Positions 39,336 through 53,775 of a stretch of DNA of 64,000 bases are shown piece after piece. The notes below the pieces were generated by a model. That model ran no database searches and was not told the DNA's origin. It worked only from the letters and a program-made list of their open reading frames with translations. Made by a program: the position numbers and the translations under genes. Source of the DNA: Ginglymostoma cirratum (lineage: Eukaryota); contig JAHRHZ010000031.1 in NCBI GenBank assembly GCA_024137785.1, positions 8,183,582 through 8,247,581 of the forward strand, in the 5' to 3' direction. The stretch's first letter is position 1. Every line of letters begins with the position of its first letter.

Positions 39336-42269
39336 ACCCACTTTGCATTCCTGGTTGTAGCTGCAGAGAGCAGTGTCTCTCCCCAAACCGTACTGTCCCC
39401 TATCACGAGCACATCCTATTTTGCTCCCCATCTCAATTGGCCATGGTCAGTTTTCTCATGCACCCTGCAGTCCTTGCTCTTACTCACACAGTTCACAAGA
39501 CTCTTGAGCATTTTGTCAAAGTCAATAGCTAAGACTGCTCCAACACTACATTTTAGATGTCCAAAGCACTCTAAATCACAGCCACAGCCTCTTATCCCTG
39601 AGTACTGAACAACTCCAAAAGCCCTACCTAACCAAAGAAGTTTGACTGTATGATAATAGGTCCATTAGCACATCTTGTTTTTGTATTTGCCGAGGCTCAA
39701 TCTCACAATATAACTGATTAAAATCTTATCTGTTTGACGGTCAAAGGAGCAAATTCAGGACTACAACTTGTACTAGCAAGTGTTATCAACAGTGCTATCA
39801 AACAGCGCTCCAATAAGCAATAACCCACTCGATGATTCACATTTAGGTTACACAAGGGCTGCTCAGCTCCTGCCCACATTATAGCATTGTCAAGTGATGG
39901 AGACATGACATTTTTCACAATAGAAAATTATAGGGTCTGAAGCTCAGTTCACATTCAAATGCAATGAAAATGTTGCAAAAGGTTTGGTTCACAATAACCA
40001 ATGACACAGATGTGATCAGTGATAAGGGAAAATTTATATCAGAGAGCGAAAACGACAGCTCTGGTCTTCACAATGGCTCACAGTAGACTACAGCTCATGC
40101 AGGACAAATAATCTAATGATCCAAAGGCTGTGGAGAGATCAAGAGCTGAATGAAGTAGAGCTGCGTCTCACCAGTCTATATTTGGAACCTGACAACATTT
40201 GGATGGCGTTAGATTGCACAACAGTGAAGTTTCATAATTGGTCCCAGATTGCACTCCTCACTTTAGGGCAGCCAGTGGGATCCTGAGGACACAGGTGAAA
40301 GAGCTGACATGGTTGGAGGGCATAGCAAAACAAGAGATTTGCAAAGGGAGCACCAACATTTTACCATGGCTCTTGGAAAACAAAATTGAAACAATATAAA
40401 TGGCAAAACATTTCATGTCCTTTATTTGTTCATTTCAATGAAAACATGATACAGCACTCCATTATTTAGGGCCTATATTAGTTTGCAGTTTGAACGGCTA
40501 ATCAGTGGACAGACAGCCAAATGACAGTAGAGATTACTTGTGATGTTTACCTGCATTTCAGAAATGCAAGTGAAATCCTAAATCAAATGAAGGACTGGCA
40601 ATGCCAATCTCACACCTTGACTTAACTGGCAGGAATGGATGGAGGGGGTGGGCGGAGAAATTGTCGACATTCTTCAGCGAAATAAAAATGCTAAATTTGG
40701 CTCTGCCTAATCCATCATATATAATGAATTGCACTGTCTACAGCGTTTGAGAACTGGTGACAGATTGTGTAATGAAATATGTGCCATTCAGAAATTTTGT
40801 TGCATTATCTTTTAATACATCTTGAATAATAATTATGGAGGCTGTCCTATAGCTATCAATAATGACATTTAAAAATAATGTTGGTAAACAAATTAAACTG
40901 TGATAAAAAGTAAGGTAAGCATCTTACTGAGGACTTGCATTTTTTGTTGCAGTGAGCATCATACTGCCCTCTACTGAATGTCAGAATTAAAATATTTAAT
41001 ATCAAAGCTGACAGAGTCTGTGGAAGTCTGTAAGTCCCCATTCTCATGGGAAATTTTTATACATTGTTCATGCTGATAGATTCAATAAACATTGGCTTAA
41101 ATGAGATTAGAATTTACTCTACCTTAGAAGTTACAAGAATAAATCATTTATTAAAAAAATTACATAAGTCTACTTGGCACTTATAACTGCATCCTGTATA
41201 GAAAGCTACTTGAGCTAAACAAACATGTGAATTTTCAGAGAAATAAACTTAAACTGAAAAATGCATTGCTCACATCGAAGCATTTCAATATTTCACTCCA
41301 ACTCTTTCAGTCATAGCTAACCTGGTTGAAAGCTACAGGAAGGGAACCATGTGTTAAAGGAAATGGAAAGACATATTTTTCTGAACTAATAGGATTGCTG
41401 TTCTAAAGACAGGCGACATTTCAAGGTGAGAATGAACACACTGTGTAAATTAGTTTATACTTAATGAATCAATGCCAACTCAATATCAATAAGCTACATT
41501 CGAATGTTCACCTGCTGACGACAATGCTATCTGCAGCTTACCTCCTAAATGCTCGATACTAGCCTGACACATGCAATTGGTAAAATTTTCAAACTTTCAA
41601 TGATGTCAAGAAACCTTTCAATAGCACATATTCTGGCCTTCTTTCACCTTCTGATGAATTTTAAATCAAGTGCACTTGACTTTTATCAAATAGTAAATTT
41701 GCAATTTAAGTCCTTATCATTTTAAAAATGGGAATGTTTGTGTGCCATCTAAGATTCTCAGTTTTAAGTATATCTCCGATGCAGCAGTTAAAATTGTGGC
41801 AACCAATTATGGGCTAAGCTCATGTAATTTAACAGGCACAGCAGCATCTTAATATATAATTTCAATATTTTCAATGCCGTTATCAGAATGATGTGTTCTG
41901 CCACTGTGATGTGGGCTGTTGCATTCAGCAGGCTTTTGTACTTGGAGGCAATGCTTATGTCAGCTTCCATAACATATGAATTAAATGTTAGTAATGTAAA
42001 ACTAAAAGACTGAACTGACATTTATCACAGCTTCTGGTACATATAATTATTACAGTCGCATCGGTGTCTCGGTTAAAGCTCAAGCTGTTCAGTTACAAAC
42101 AGCAGCAAGCTTCTATTAGCATGTCCTGCTTCAAGTGGCCCCAATCAAGATGGAGACTGAGATCTATATATGCTCCAGGTCACATGCAATAACATTGTGA
42201 TGATGTGATTAACATATGTCTCAATGGAATATTGCATCCTAGCTGTGTGACAAGCACAACATCCTAGCT

Positions 42270-45200
42270 TTTTTTTTGCAAAAAATAAAGAAATCTCCTA
42301 CAGACATATGTGATGATAATAAGTTGATAATTGTACCAACATGTGAAAGCAGACTTAATGATGTTAACAATTCAAATTTCAACATAGCACTTTGGAGACT
42401 TGACAACTCATCTCAGTCTGGTGATCACATCTGACTACAGATGTACATGTTCTCATTTGATTTTGTTTGACAACTTGGTTGTCTTGCTGCAGGTTGCTGT
42501 CACCTAATGTCACCACAAAATCATCGGCGATTTCCTCCTTATTCTCTTTGTGCATGACTGGCACATCATACATCGGTTTGAGTTGGCTTCTGTTCCTTGC
42601 AAAAGTAAAGCCATGCACAGTAATTTATTTGCATGACCTGGGTTGATTTTGTATTTAGAAATCTTTAATGGTATCCAAGTATTTGTAACTGGATTTCTGA
42701 CTCTCACTCTCTGCCCTTTGCTCAGTTGTAGAAGTTCTCGAATAAAAACAAATTGCTGGAGAAACTCAGTAGGGTTATCAGCATCTGTGGAAGCAATAAC
42801 AGAGTTAACGTTTCAAGTCCAACACGACTGTCCTTCAGAATTGATGGTTGTCACCAGAAGTGCAGTTCTCCTACTTGTTTGTCCTTCTGATTTCTTGTTC
42901 ATCGCTTTCCATTATCCCCTATCTTCAGTGTCTCAGAATAGTTAGATAAGTGGTTGCTCACAAGGGCATTTGTACTTGCCATGTCAGCACAAATTGTACC
43001 TGGTGTGACAGTCCCTTCTCTACTAGTGTTGCATGGAAATGTGGCAATTCAATGTGGAAATTTTGTTTTATTGTCCATTACTATCCACATTATGATAGTG
43101 AAGTCCAAGTGCGTCGTTACATTGCTTGATGACTCATTCCCCACGTACTGCATGTCAAAAAACAGTTAACAGTAGTCCACTGTCAGATGCTTTGTTTCAC
43201 TGTGACGAGTAACCTGAAAGTAGTAGTCTTCATGTCACTGATGGTTGCACTCACTGTGTGCAAGCTATTGAACAATGGGAAAATTGGAGAAATAATCTAT
43301 TACAAGATCAGACTCTTCTCAATGCACTGAATAATCTGTTGCAATTTTCATGCAAGAAACGGATTGGCCATTGTGCAGTTGTATAGGCTCCTGCATTGCT
43401 GGGATCGATACACTTGACATGTCTCTTGTGCATTCATCAGTTGTTGAATATCCTGATTTCTCCCTGGCCAGCCCCAGAATCACATGACAACTATCTTATG
43501 CATTAACTACGCTTGCTTCCCTCATGTAACATGGACATGGTATCTTGGACTAACGTTTTCAGTCTTAGGACTTGTTTGCCTATGAAATTGACCATAACAA
43601 GCTCATCTCTGTAGATCCAAAATAAATGAATGCTTTCAGGTACTTCCTTCATGTTGTCAGGCCATTACTGAATAATAGCCATTTGTACCCTACACAGTTG
43701 TTCAATTCCTGATTACAGTTGTTCATACTGACACTGGCCATAGAGTAATAGATCTATTTTGAGAACATCTTCAACTTTCTATTATGAGCATTCACACAGA
43801 GATCAAAAGGAATAACTTGGTCTTTGTGTGGGTTCAATAATCTATTCAGCATGTCAGATGTAATCATCCTGCTACCTTGCTCGTATCTGACTTCAAAGTC
43901 ATATTCTTCCACCTTGAGAAGTGAATACTGCAATCATGGTGGTAGACTCATTCACAGTTTACAGCAGATCGTTTCTCATGGCTTATGGTCTATTTTGGGT
44001 GCATATTTCTTGCATACTGAAGAGGTGTGAAACCACACGATGCCATACACCAGAGCTAATGGCTCACGTGCTATACTGGAACACTTGACTTATGCCGATG
44101 CAAGGACATTTGACCAAAAGCAATAAACTTGTTATCTTACAGAAGATATGAGCCAATGCCTTTATTGTGATGCCTCCATTTCCAGAAGAGGCTTTTCTGA
44201 GTCGATAATATTGCAGGCGACAAGAATTTGTTGATGGACCCTGCTTGAGAAAATTGAAGACTTAATGCTGGTTCTCTTGTGCTGGTGTTCTTCTTCAGCT
44301 AACCCCTCAGTAGATACACCTCTTTGGCAAAAATAAGAATATATCGTGGGAGGAAATTGAAAAGTCCCAGGTAACATCGCAGATTCTCATTGTATCGCAT
44401 GGTTGGCATTTGTTTAAAATCCTCAATCTTACTTGGATCAGATCAGGTTCCACAAGCACAGCAATTGAACCTGAAAAGGTTTATCATGTTGACAGTATGC
44501 TGGTACTTTAGGTTGTCAAATGCCAAGTTGTTGTATTTCTGTTAAGAGTAGATGATTGCTGCGATTATGCTCTTTGTCTTAGCCATGACAGGACTATCAT
44601 CAGATGTACAAACCTTCAGCTTGGCACACTTTCAGTAAGCCTGTCCATGTGCTGCTGGAATAGGTCTTGACTTTTGATAGCCCAAATGGTAACCATCAGA
44701 AACAGTGCCGTAACCATCAGAAACAATACCATCCAAATAGCATCCTAAATGTCGTGAACTCTTGGTTTTATCTGATAGATGGCCAGACTGAATCCGTGGT
44801 TTGATTCCACCTTGGAAAAGATCCTGGTTCTAGAAAATTTAGATTTTAATTCTTCCAATATTGGTATTTTCACATGAACATATCTTAATTTAAAGGTTGC
44901 GACACCTTGGATCTAGACATATTCATAAGGTGCTGTCCTTCTTTGAGACAATTGATGGAGCTACACCAATCCTGTGTGGTGGTCAATCTTCTGAATTACA
45001 CAGTTTTGCTCCATCTCATTTAATTTCATTCAAACTTTCTCCTGAATGTGCACATTCCACTTCCTGATCGATAAATATGGTTGCATTACCCTTAAAGTTG
45101 CCAATTTTGTCCAGGTAGTCTGGTTTCAGCTATTTGAGACCATTAACTGCTTCAATTGTGTCATACCAAATCTCTCCACCAGCAAATACAGTTTAAATAT

Positions 45201-46290
45201 CATGAATTGTAATGAGACAGAGACCTCTGCATCTTGGTGGCCCTGCCACTGTCACTGCTGGACCATTATTATCTACCTGTTAGAAGATTTTAAAAGCCAT
45301 GATAAGCTTGCATATTGACACTATTGTGAGATTTAGCCAATACATGAACTGGTGATCTATTACATACTAGATGATCTTTCATAGGCTGTACTATGGAGGT
45401 ACATGGCTGTCAGGGTATGTTGTGGTAATAATTTCAGGGCATGTGACTTTTATGGTCATAAAAGCCTTAGCTCACCTTAAACCGGTGACATCATTTGTGA
45501 GGTTTACAATATGGAAAGCTTGGTTATTTTCTGACAATTTCCTTGCACTTATTTGACTGTACTTATCAATATGTTTGCTTTTGTGCATGTAAGACTTACT
45601 TTGTTACAGTGTTGTGGTGCTGCACTATGTTGTTGGTCACTTCTGTTTTGTTCTGAGCTCTGGATTGGTGTGTGGAACCAGATATCCCACACAAGTACGG
45701 CCAGTGTCTGTTGATGCCACAAATTTTGCTGATTAAAGAAACACTGGGCAGCCGTTTGGTAGAAGCGAAAAATCACATCTGTGACAGGTCTCGCTGGCTT
45801 GGTGCACTGCGGTGACTGTAGCAAGTGTCGTCTGCACCAAAAGCATGTAATTTCTCTTCACCTACCACAATGGCATCATGTTGGCATCAATCCTCAAGAA
45901 GCCATGAATGAAATGACCCTTTTCCTTGCCCAGAAGCTCCTACCTGAAGACTTTAATTATTGTTGTGAGGATTATTAAGTCAGTTTGTTTCTCTGCAAAT
46001 TCTTCTTTCAGGATGTCACACTCGGCTAGTTGCCACAACAGCTTGCAACAAACTCACTGTGGCTCTGTGCTTCTCTCTGTTAAGACATATGCTGAAGTCA
46101 GTTAATCCTAAAGTTAATTTATACCTTAAGTTGGCCTTCAGATACTTTTCACATCTTTTCTGGATATTTTCCATCATCAATGCAAAGATAAATTCTGCAA
46201 AGTCCCTCCTTGTTAATAGCAAGGAAGAAATCCAGAAATCTTACAATCATTTATTGTTTGATTTTCAGGGTAAAGCTGCATATATTGCAT
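42270..46290 (-). mobile_element. Decayed Ty3/Gypsy LTR retrotransposon internal region (gag-pol)
   Basis: Minus-strand remnants in Gypsy order: gag zinc knuckle SKICGINRHWPYLC (~45690-45730); RT LPFGL..QDLFQQHMD (~44640-44700); RNase H EKPLLEMEASQ, LALVYGI, DHKP, YDFEVRY (~43850-44200); integrase KIATD, VIDYFS (~43280-43460). Confidence 0.8.
42740..42842 (-). mobile_element. Short Penelope-derived element nested in the Gypsy relic
   Basis: aaattgctggagaaactcagtagg...gcatctgtgga...cagagttaacgtttcaagtcc...ttcagaa. Confidence 0.75.
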
Positions 46291-47399
46291 AAATAGCTGT
46301 GACTAAGTAATATCACACACTGCCTAATTCATAATTAAATGGTTGCCTTCCACTTCTCATTGGTTTCTGTTGGCATTTTGTTAATTTAAGTAGTGTGAAA
46401 GGCTTGTATGTTTCTTTGTTTTACTTTGCTCTCTCCTCTTATTTTCTCTTCTATTGCTTCTGTTTTACTTTATTTTTTCACTGTTACTGCCACTTTACTG
46501 ATTTCTAAACATTTTCAGGCTGTTACTTTAAGGAATGAAAAAGCATTCAGCCAAATATGTAATGATGACATCATACAAGCTTCCTTCTGTTCTGACTCCA
46601 AATTGGAGAGAACCACGGCAGACAGTTCAGCTCTCTCAGGGTCAGAGAGTTAAGTAGTATTCATCTCAAAATTCTGAATTTAAGCTCACAACTCTGATTT
46701 TAAGCTGAGAGTTGCCTTTGTCATTTTGTTTTACTTTTAATCCTCGAAGAATTAGAAGCTTTTAATCTGAAATAAGAAAGCAAGTTGTCAGTTTTTTTTA
46801 AGACACAGGGTTTCTGTTTTGATGGAATTTGAACTTTAAAAAGTCTGCCTCCCAGCTGTTTGATCTGCAGATTTCCACTGAACAGAAACTGGTGCCGTTA
46901 TGTTTCTGTAGGCGTTGAGGTTCAAGGTTGCTGCCTAGCTTTTCTTCAATAAGGATTCCAAGTGCCTGTCACCAAGAATTTGAATTCTTTTATAAGCGGC
47001 CACTGCGCTGCCACCAAGATCTGTAATTGTGATATGTGCTATCACCTTCAGCAGGATAGCTGTACCTGATGAGACAATACGCATATTAGCTACTATAGTA
47101 TACAAACTAGACATGGGTAATGAAGTACTGGAAGATTCAATAGACATTTACAACAGTAACAGACACTTGGATGCCTGAGCTAATCCTAAACAGTATCTTA
47201 TCTTATAAACAGTAGGATGTTTCCATCAACATGTCATGCTTTATGTGGCCACAATTAAGGTGGTGGTTGGGACCTGATACCCTCAAGTCACGTTGCTATG
47301 ATACAATGAAGATACCTTTAGTATGTCTCAAATATTCACATACAATATACCAGAAGGCATAACACAACAGTAATAAAATGGTTGTAAGTAACTTTGTTA

Positions 47400-47762
47400 T
47401 TCAGTCATGGGGTTTGGGCATCATTGGCTTAGCCAATATTTGTTGCCATTCCTCACTGAATCTTAACTGACCTTGGAGGCAATCACATTGCTGTAGGTCT
47501 AGAGTCACAAGTCAGCTAGACCAGGCCAGGTCACATTATGGTTGCAGATTTCTTTCCATAAAGGACATTTGTGAATCAGATATGTTTTCATGAAAAGTGA
47601 CGATAATTATATGCTTGTCATGAGGCTAGCTTTTAAATTCCAGACATTTATCAAATTCACATTTTACCATCTACCATGGTGTAATTCAAGATCATGACCC
47701 CAGGACATCAGCATGGGATTCCTGAATACTAGTCCAGCGACTTTACCACTACACTGCTGCCT
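47400..47762 (-). mobile_element. Degenerate tRNA-head SINE with LINE-derived tail
   Basis: Minus strand begins ggcagcagtgtagtggtaaagtcgctggactagtattcagg; the tail matches the 17005-17266 family. Confidence 0.6.
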
Positions 47763-49804
47763 AACCCAAATTCACTGGGTTCAGACAGCGCAACTGCATA
47801 CCCAAATTAAAAAAAGTGATTGCAGTTCTGAAATCTCTGTGTTTTATTTTATTCCATATTTAACGTGGGAATAAGTTTCTTCTGCACATTGCCATGAAAT
47901 TATGTACAAAAGCAAGGGTTGGTGCAGATCATCAGAGTACGGAATGCTTTAAAAATATGATACATATGACAGGGTATGATTTTAAATACTAAGTTTACTT
48001 GCGAAATAATCCTCAGTTCATTTGCAATGAATTAAGTATCCAATAAATTCATTTCAATCAGCTCAGTAATTTTTATACAACAAATGAGCCATGAAGCTTT
48101 TAAAGCAAATGTTACAAACACTGAAGCTTCAACTCTTCTGTTAATTCATTTTGATGTAATTTCATGATTAAGGCTTATAGATGTGGTCAGATTTTGTATC
48201 ACTGTAATTTTTACAATTATGAATTTTTAATAAATGTGATGAACAGAGCTAGATAAATGCCAGGTGAAGAATGCTAGGTTATGAGACTAAATATGCACAG
48301 ATGATAAAATACCTGACAGGACACTGTGGCTCCACAGTCACTGTGACCAGGAAAATGCCACCTGGAAAATCCAGCCAAGAACCGCTTTGCTTCAGCAGCT
48401 CCCTCATGTGACAGGAATGGTAAAAACGCCTGTGGGTTCACTCTTAATAAAGGTAGCATTTTACCACAAAGAAACAAAACTTGTAATATTAGATCTGTTA
48501 CTCTTTTGTTTGCTAAGAGTTCCCACAGAGCCAGAAATAAATTTCCCAGTTTCAGCATTTTGATTATTTCTTATGAAATGAAATAATATAATTTCTGTGT
48601 TTCAAAATTTTAAACTCGATGTTAAAAAGAAGTTGCACTTAGCCTCTGTATGATTAACTAATTGGACTATATTATTGAATCTAGAGAGTGTCTAAGGCAG
48701 ACTTGGAATTGGTAACAGCAAATCTGTAACACTAATTTCAAATGGTCTGTTTTAATAACCGGACTCAATTTCCATCCACATTTTAACAAATCATACAATG
48801 TTCTTCAAAATAATTTCATTATGCAGCAGGTATTACATTAACACAAAACCATTTTGGCTGAGTAGCAGAACAATTACAAGTGCAATACACAAACAAGATA
48901 GCTCCAATTTAATCTCTCTTATGTACTAAGGTGGATTCCACAGTGGTTACAGTTCTTCACACAGTTGAATTCTAACCTCTGCCGGGAAGTTGATTGGGGA
49001 GGGAAGAGACAAGTGGAGGAGGTCTGGAAGACACAGATTATGACAGCAGAGTCTCCAAAGCTGGTTATTTGCTCAGAGTCTCAACCAGGCAACAGTTTGT
49101 GTCTCAGTGGAATCCTAAATGTAAGTATTTAGATTCGTTCTCAGCTATCTCTGACAAACTGCTGGAAATAGGATCATGAGGTAATGGCTGAGCTGTTCTA
49201 TTTTATGTTTAGCTGACAACAAGTTATTGCATTGCAGACTTAGAAGAAGCTGAAAAATCTATTGTTACACTCATGGGGCTAACTAGTCTTGAAGAAGCCT
49301 TTAAGCCATTTTTATGAGTTTCACCACCCACAATGTTCAAGTTACAGTTCTCAGACAATGCTTGCACACATTGTTTTCATGAATTTTTCAGAAGGTTTTC
49401 AACGGGGTGCTTCATCTGAATGTATAATTCCGACCCAAAATCATCACCATTGGAAATGAGAGGCATGGGGAACCTCTCCAACTCTCATAGCAAAGTGAGT
49501 CAAGGATGTCCTCCAGTACTTTCAGTGTCTTCCTTAATGATGTGCTGGACTGCATCATTGGACATGGTCTAAGTTTTCATTACAGGCTGTTCTGAAACCA
49601 ATGCAGCACTGATTGTCACAGTGAGTTTTCACTCATTTTCACATGTTACCGGGGCTGTAGGAGGCACAGCACTTTACACCGCCATCCTGAGCATCGAGTT
49701 CATCAATTCAATATGATGGCTTCCCAGAAATATCTTTATAAAAACATTTCAAGAGGAATTAATTGGTTGACAATGATGAGAGGCATATGAATGTACATTA
49801 GTGC

Positions 49805-50580
49805 TGTGAAGGTGTTTTGATTTTAAAAAAGTCCTTTTGAAATTCTCGAACAGTACCAGTGCCAAGAAAACATGTGACTGTTAACAAGGGATTTTGACAT
49901 CCCAGAGTGTTAATGAAATAAGATGATTAAAATTTTGGGTTTATGACTGGCAATGTAAGCACATTAATCCACTAGTTTTGTTTTGAATTCACAGCAGAAA
50001 ACTCAGAATTCAATTGAGAAGAGTCAAGAATTGAGATCAGAATTAGGATTTAAGTTTCTCTAAACTTTAGGTATTAGTTCAGAAGAAACCAGTCATTGCA
50101 GGAGCTGTGTGATTTTTTTTAAGTTCATGAACTTACCACGTCTAGACAATTTGGAACAGAATCTTCAGATTGTTAAATTGAAAATATTTAGGTCATCAGG
50201 CTTGTGAAATGTTCACACTATCAGACTCAGAGGAATCATAAAATTGTCTGTACAGTCCAGGAAGAGAACATGGAGCAAGTTTGTTAAGTGAAAAATTAAA
50301 AGAGTTGAGTAGGAGTACAATTTCTCAGGACTTGTGTACCTGTATAGTTTTGCAAAACAAGTGGAACTTTGCCTCAATGTCTTTTAAGATCATTTGGTTT
50401 GTTTATGTATTTTTCTAATATATTCATTGTTTATTTTTCAAGAACCTTTGCAGTCTCATGTGAATATGTTTCAGTGACAAACTACAACATTAGTTAACTA
50501 AACAATAAAAAGCATTGTCAGGCCAGATTTCATGCTGAGATTTGATGTGTGGTATAGTGTTATCATCTGGGATTATCACA
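49805..50580 (+). mobile_element. Probable solo LTR, related to 22517-23210
   Basis: TG...CA termini (tgtgaagg...gggattatcaca) and a 3' segment similar to 23090-23210. Confidence 0.5.
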
Positions 50581-52544
50581 TGGTATAGAAGTGTCTGTTT
50601 TAATTGTTGAAACACAGTAGGAGTTGAAAATCCTGGCATCAACTCTAGTGTGGACACAATACTTCAGGGCAGTTCTGGACATAAGGTAAAGAGCATCCTG
50701 GTTATTTTCAACTTCAATGAAAAACAGCAAAATCCAATGCAGGCTATGTTTCTGGTGTAAAAGACTCATGGGCATACACACAAATCAAGGCAGGTCATAT
50801 GATTTCCCCTGTAGGCCACTTTTATAGGAGTTGAAAGGAAGTCAAGCATTTTATTTCATGATGAAGAAGAGCGTCAAAAGAAAGAAAAGTACAACACTGG
50901 GAAACTTGGTTATTGTTACAGATACATGCACCATTCAAAGAAAAGTTAAAGACAATGACTTGAGTAAATGAAATGCTGGCTTTTACAAATTACATTTCAT
51001 ATTGTACAATGGCAAACAAAAGAATTTCAAAAAGAAACCTGTGTCAGGCAAAATCAGTTTGTCTTCATCCACATGGTCCTTCACATTTAAAGGCAAAATT
51101 TACACAGAATAATTAAAGAAAACCAAGTTTGAAATAAATTGTAGCATTTTGCTAAGTCACAACTGTAGAATTAATATAGCGAGGCTCTCAAATTGCAATG
51201 GCTGAATGTAAAGACCAGCTGGTCTGTAGTATATGAATCCACTGTTCCTAGATTTGCATTGTATATCAACACACTGGCAGTGCCCAAGTATTTAATAGCT
51301 CACATATGGATAAGTGTGCTTTTGTAATTATATTGTCCCATCTGCTGACTTCGCAGAGCAAAGAGAATCACTGGCCTAAACATACAGCTACAGATCAATA
51401 ATCACAGACCAGTGATTGCCATCGTACACTCAAATGAAGCAGCAGCTTTTTAACAAAATATATAGTGACAGATGGAGAAGCACAAAATGAAGAACATGGC
51501 ACATGGCTGCAGAGGTGGGAGGCATTGAAAAGGTTAGTATTTGCCACTGCTGCTAACTGTTCCTCCTGAGTTTTCTTCTGATAGAGACCTTACTGTGTTT
51601 GCTTTCCCAGCAGAGCAACAACTCAAACTGTTGAGTAATCACTTGCCTCCCACACATACGGAGTACAAAATGGTTGGCTGGATAAAAGGTGCTTGCACTG
51701 CAGGCTTTCACTGAAAAGACAGTAACATCTGTGGAAACTCAATGGCAATCTTAATAGCACAGACAAAAGACGAAGTTTTATCACCATTTCTAAATAATGC
51801 TCCCATTATTGCCTTGGGATGTTTTAGATTTCAAATAACATTAATCTAAACACCTTCAAGTCACATGGAAAAAAATGTTACATACAGCCATAACGGAAGG
51901 ATTAGGAGTATAGCATTTGTCTGGTAACAGCAGAAATCACCTTCAAAACCAATGCAACCCAACCAAACACAATCATTTCAACTAAGGGAAATAATAGTTT
52001 TGGTAAGAAATACAGCTGTAACAGATCTTCTGATTAACATGGAACTGAAATGTTAATGACATAGTCAGCCATTATGGTTGCTCCAAAAATTAGTGGAATG
52101 CAACGTATAGCCTGACTTATCAGCCTGTTATTAGAAAATCCATGCAGGAGGTTTTCAACATGACTTTTCATTCATTGATTATTTAATAGTGACGTGCAGG
52201 CTCCTGGAGGCCTCAAGAAATCTTACTGTGGTCTGTGATACAGGTGGAAGTGCATCCAGGGCACCATGGTCAGTGAGTTCATGAGCAGTGATCTCAGGTG
52301 TCCTATGCTAACCCCCATCCACCCCACCAATGCTTAAGTATTTTCTCCCTGATCTGGTTTCCCCTTTCTCCTCTTTGTGCATTTAAGAAGAATGAAGGAG
52401 CCTTATTTGAACTTCTTGGTGCCTTTGACAGTGTAACACTGGAGTATCAGCATTATTTTTTGTGCTCAAGTTCTGAAAAGTATAACATTCATTGAACCAA
52501 CCAGAGCATGGCTCAGCTGGAGTGCTGCATACAGTTATGAGCAT

Positions 52545-52980
52545 CACATTACAGAAAAAATATGAATGCGTGACCGTGCGTGGAAGAGGTTCTAGGGATG
52601 AGAAGCTTCAGTCGAGGAAAGCTTGGATAAATTAAGTTTGTCTTTTCCTCTACAAGGAAAACAAAGAAAAGATTTAATAGAAGTCTTTTAAAATATGAAG
52701 GTCTGGACAGAGTGGATAGGAAGGAATTATTCCTGCTCTCGAAGAGATTGAGAGTGAATTGCAAAAGAAGCAAATGTGAGGCAAGTAAAATCTCTTTCAC
52801 ACTGTGCGTAATTAGGGTTTGCTTGGAAGAGTGGTGGAGGCAAATTCAATTGAGGCATTATTTCTATTTAATTAAACATCTAGTGTTCAGGGTTGCAGGT
52901 AAAAAGACAAACATTGGCATCAAGTCAAAATACCCAGAGACACAATGGGCTAAATAGTCTTCTGCATTATAGCAATTCCA
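52545..52980 (+). mobile_element. Old CR1 3' fragment
   Basis: ttctagggatgagaagcttcag...ggtctggacagagtggatagg...atgggctaaatag. Confidence 0.65.
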
Positions 52981-53775
52981 TGACTCAATTAAAAAACACT
53001 GCGTTAATGGGTAAATCCAAGAGAACTATATCCATTGAATATGTACACCGCATGCACTTAATGCATAAGAATTTTATTATGTTTTGCTGCCTACTTTTAT
53101 TTGTGTAGACACAAAAGGTCAGTTGTTCATCAAGGATGCAAACAAAATAAATGAGGTTATTGGGAAAAGTGATTCTTTGGAAAAATTAACCAGGTAAACA
53201 ACAGTTCTACCATTACAAATTTTCCCAATATAATGTGATAATGGCCAGATGCAGAGGTCACTGAAAGTCATAGGCAATTAAACCATTTTATATAATTACC
53301 TTGGCTGCAATGAGTAATCTACTCCTTATCTACCAACAGAATGCAATCGCTCCTCATTAATGCCCACGGCAAAGTCCCTGCAGATGATAATATTTGCATT
53401 GTAACATGGTTCAAATTTTCTAAAATATATCATAAGGCTGCATCCAACTAGGTATGTGAAGTTTTCCTTAGAACCTTCAGTGAACACCCAAAAAGCTGTT
53501 CTGATTAAAAAATCTCCAGTAATTGATCTGTTGAGGTATGGGAGTTGCAGACATTCAGCAATGGTCACAGTGAACGTACACCCATTGACTCTGGGTGAAA
53601 ATACCATGTGTACTCCCTAAACAATACATAATCATAGTGTTATTTTGTTTTTGGCTTTTCAATTTTGCAAACGGAAATAGAAATAAACCCTCTTCTTTAC
53701 ATCTGACAGGAGAATGACTACACATCAAAATCAAGCATGCTCTTGAAGAAGCTACAATTTCCATTTAAAGAAAGG

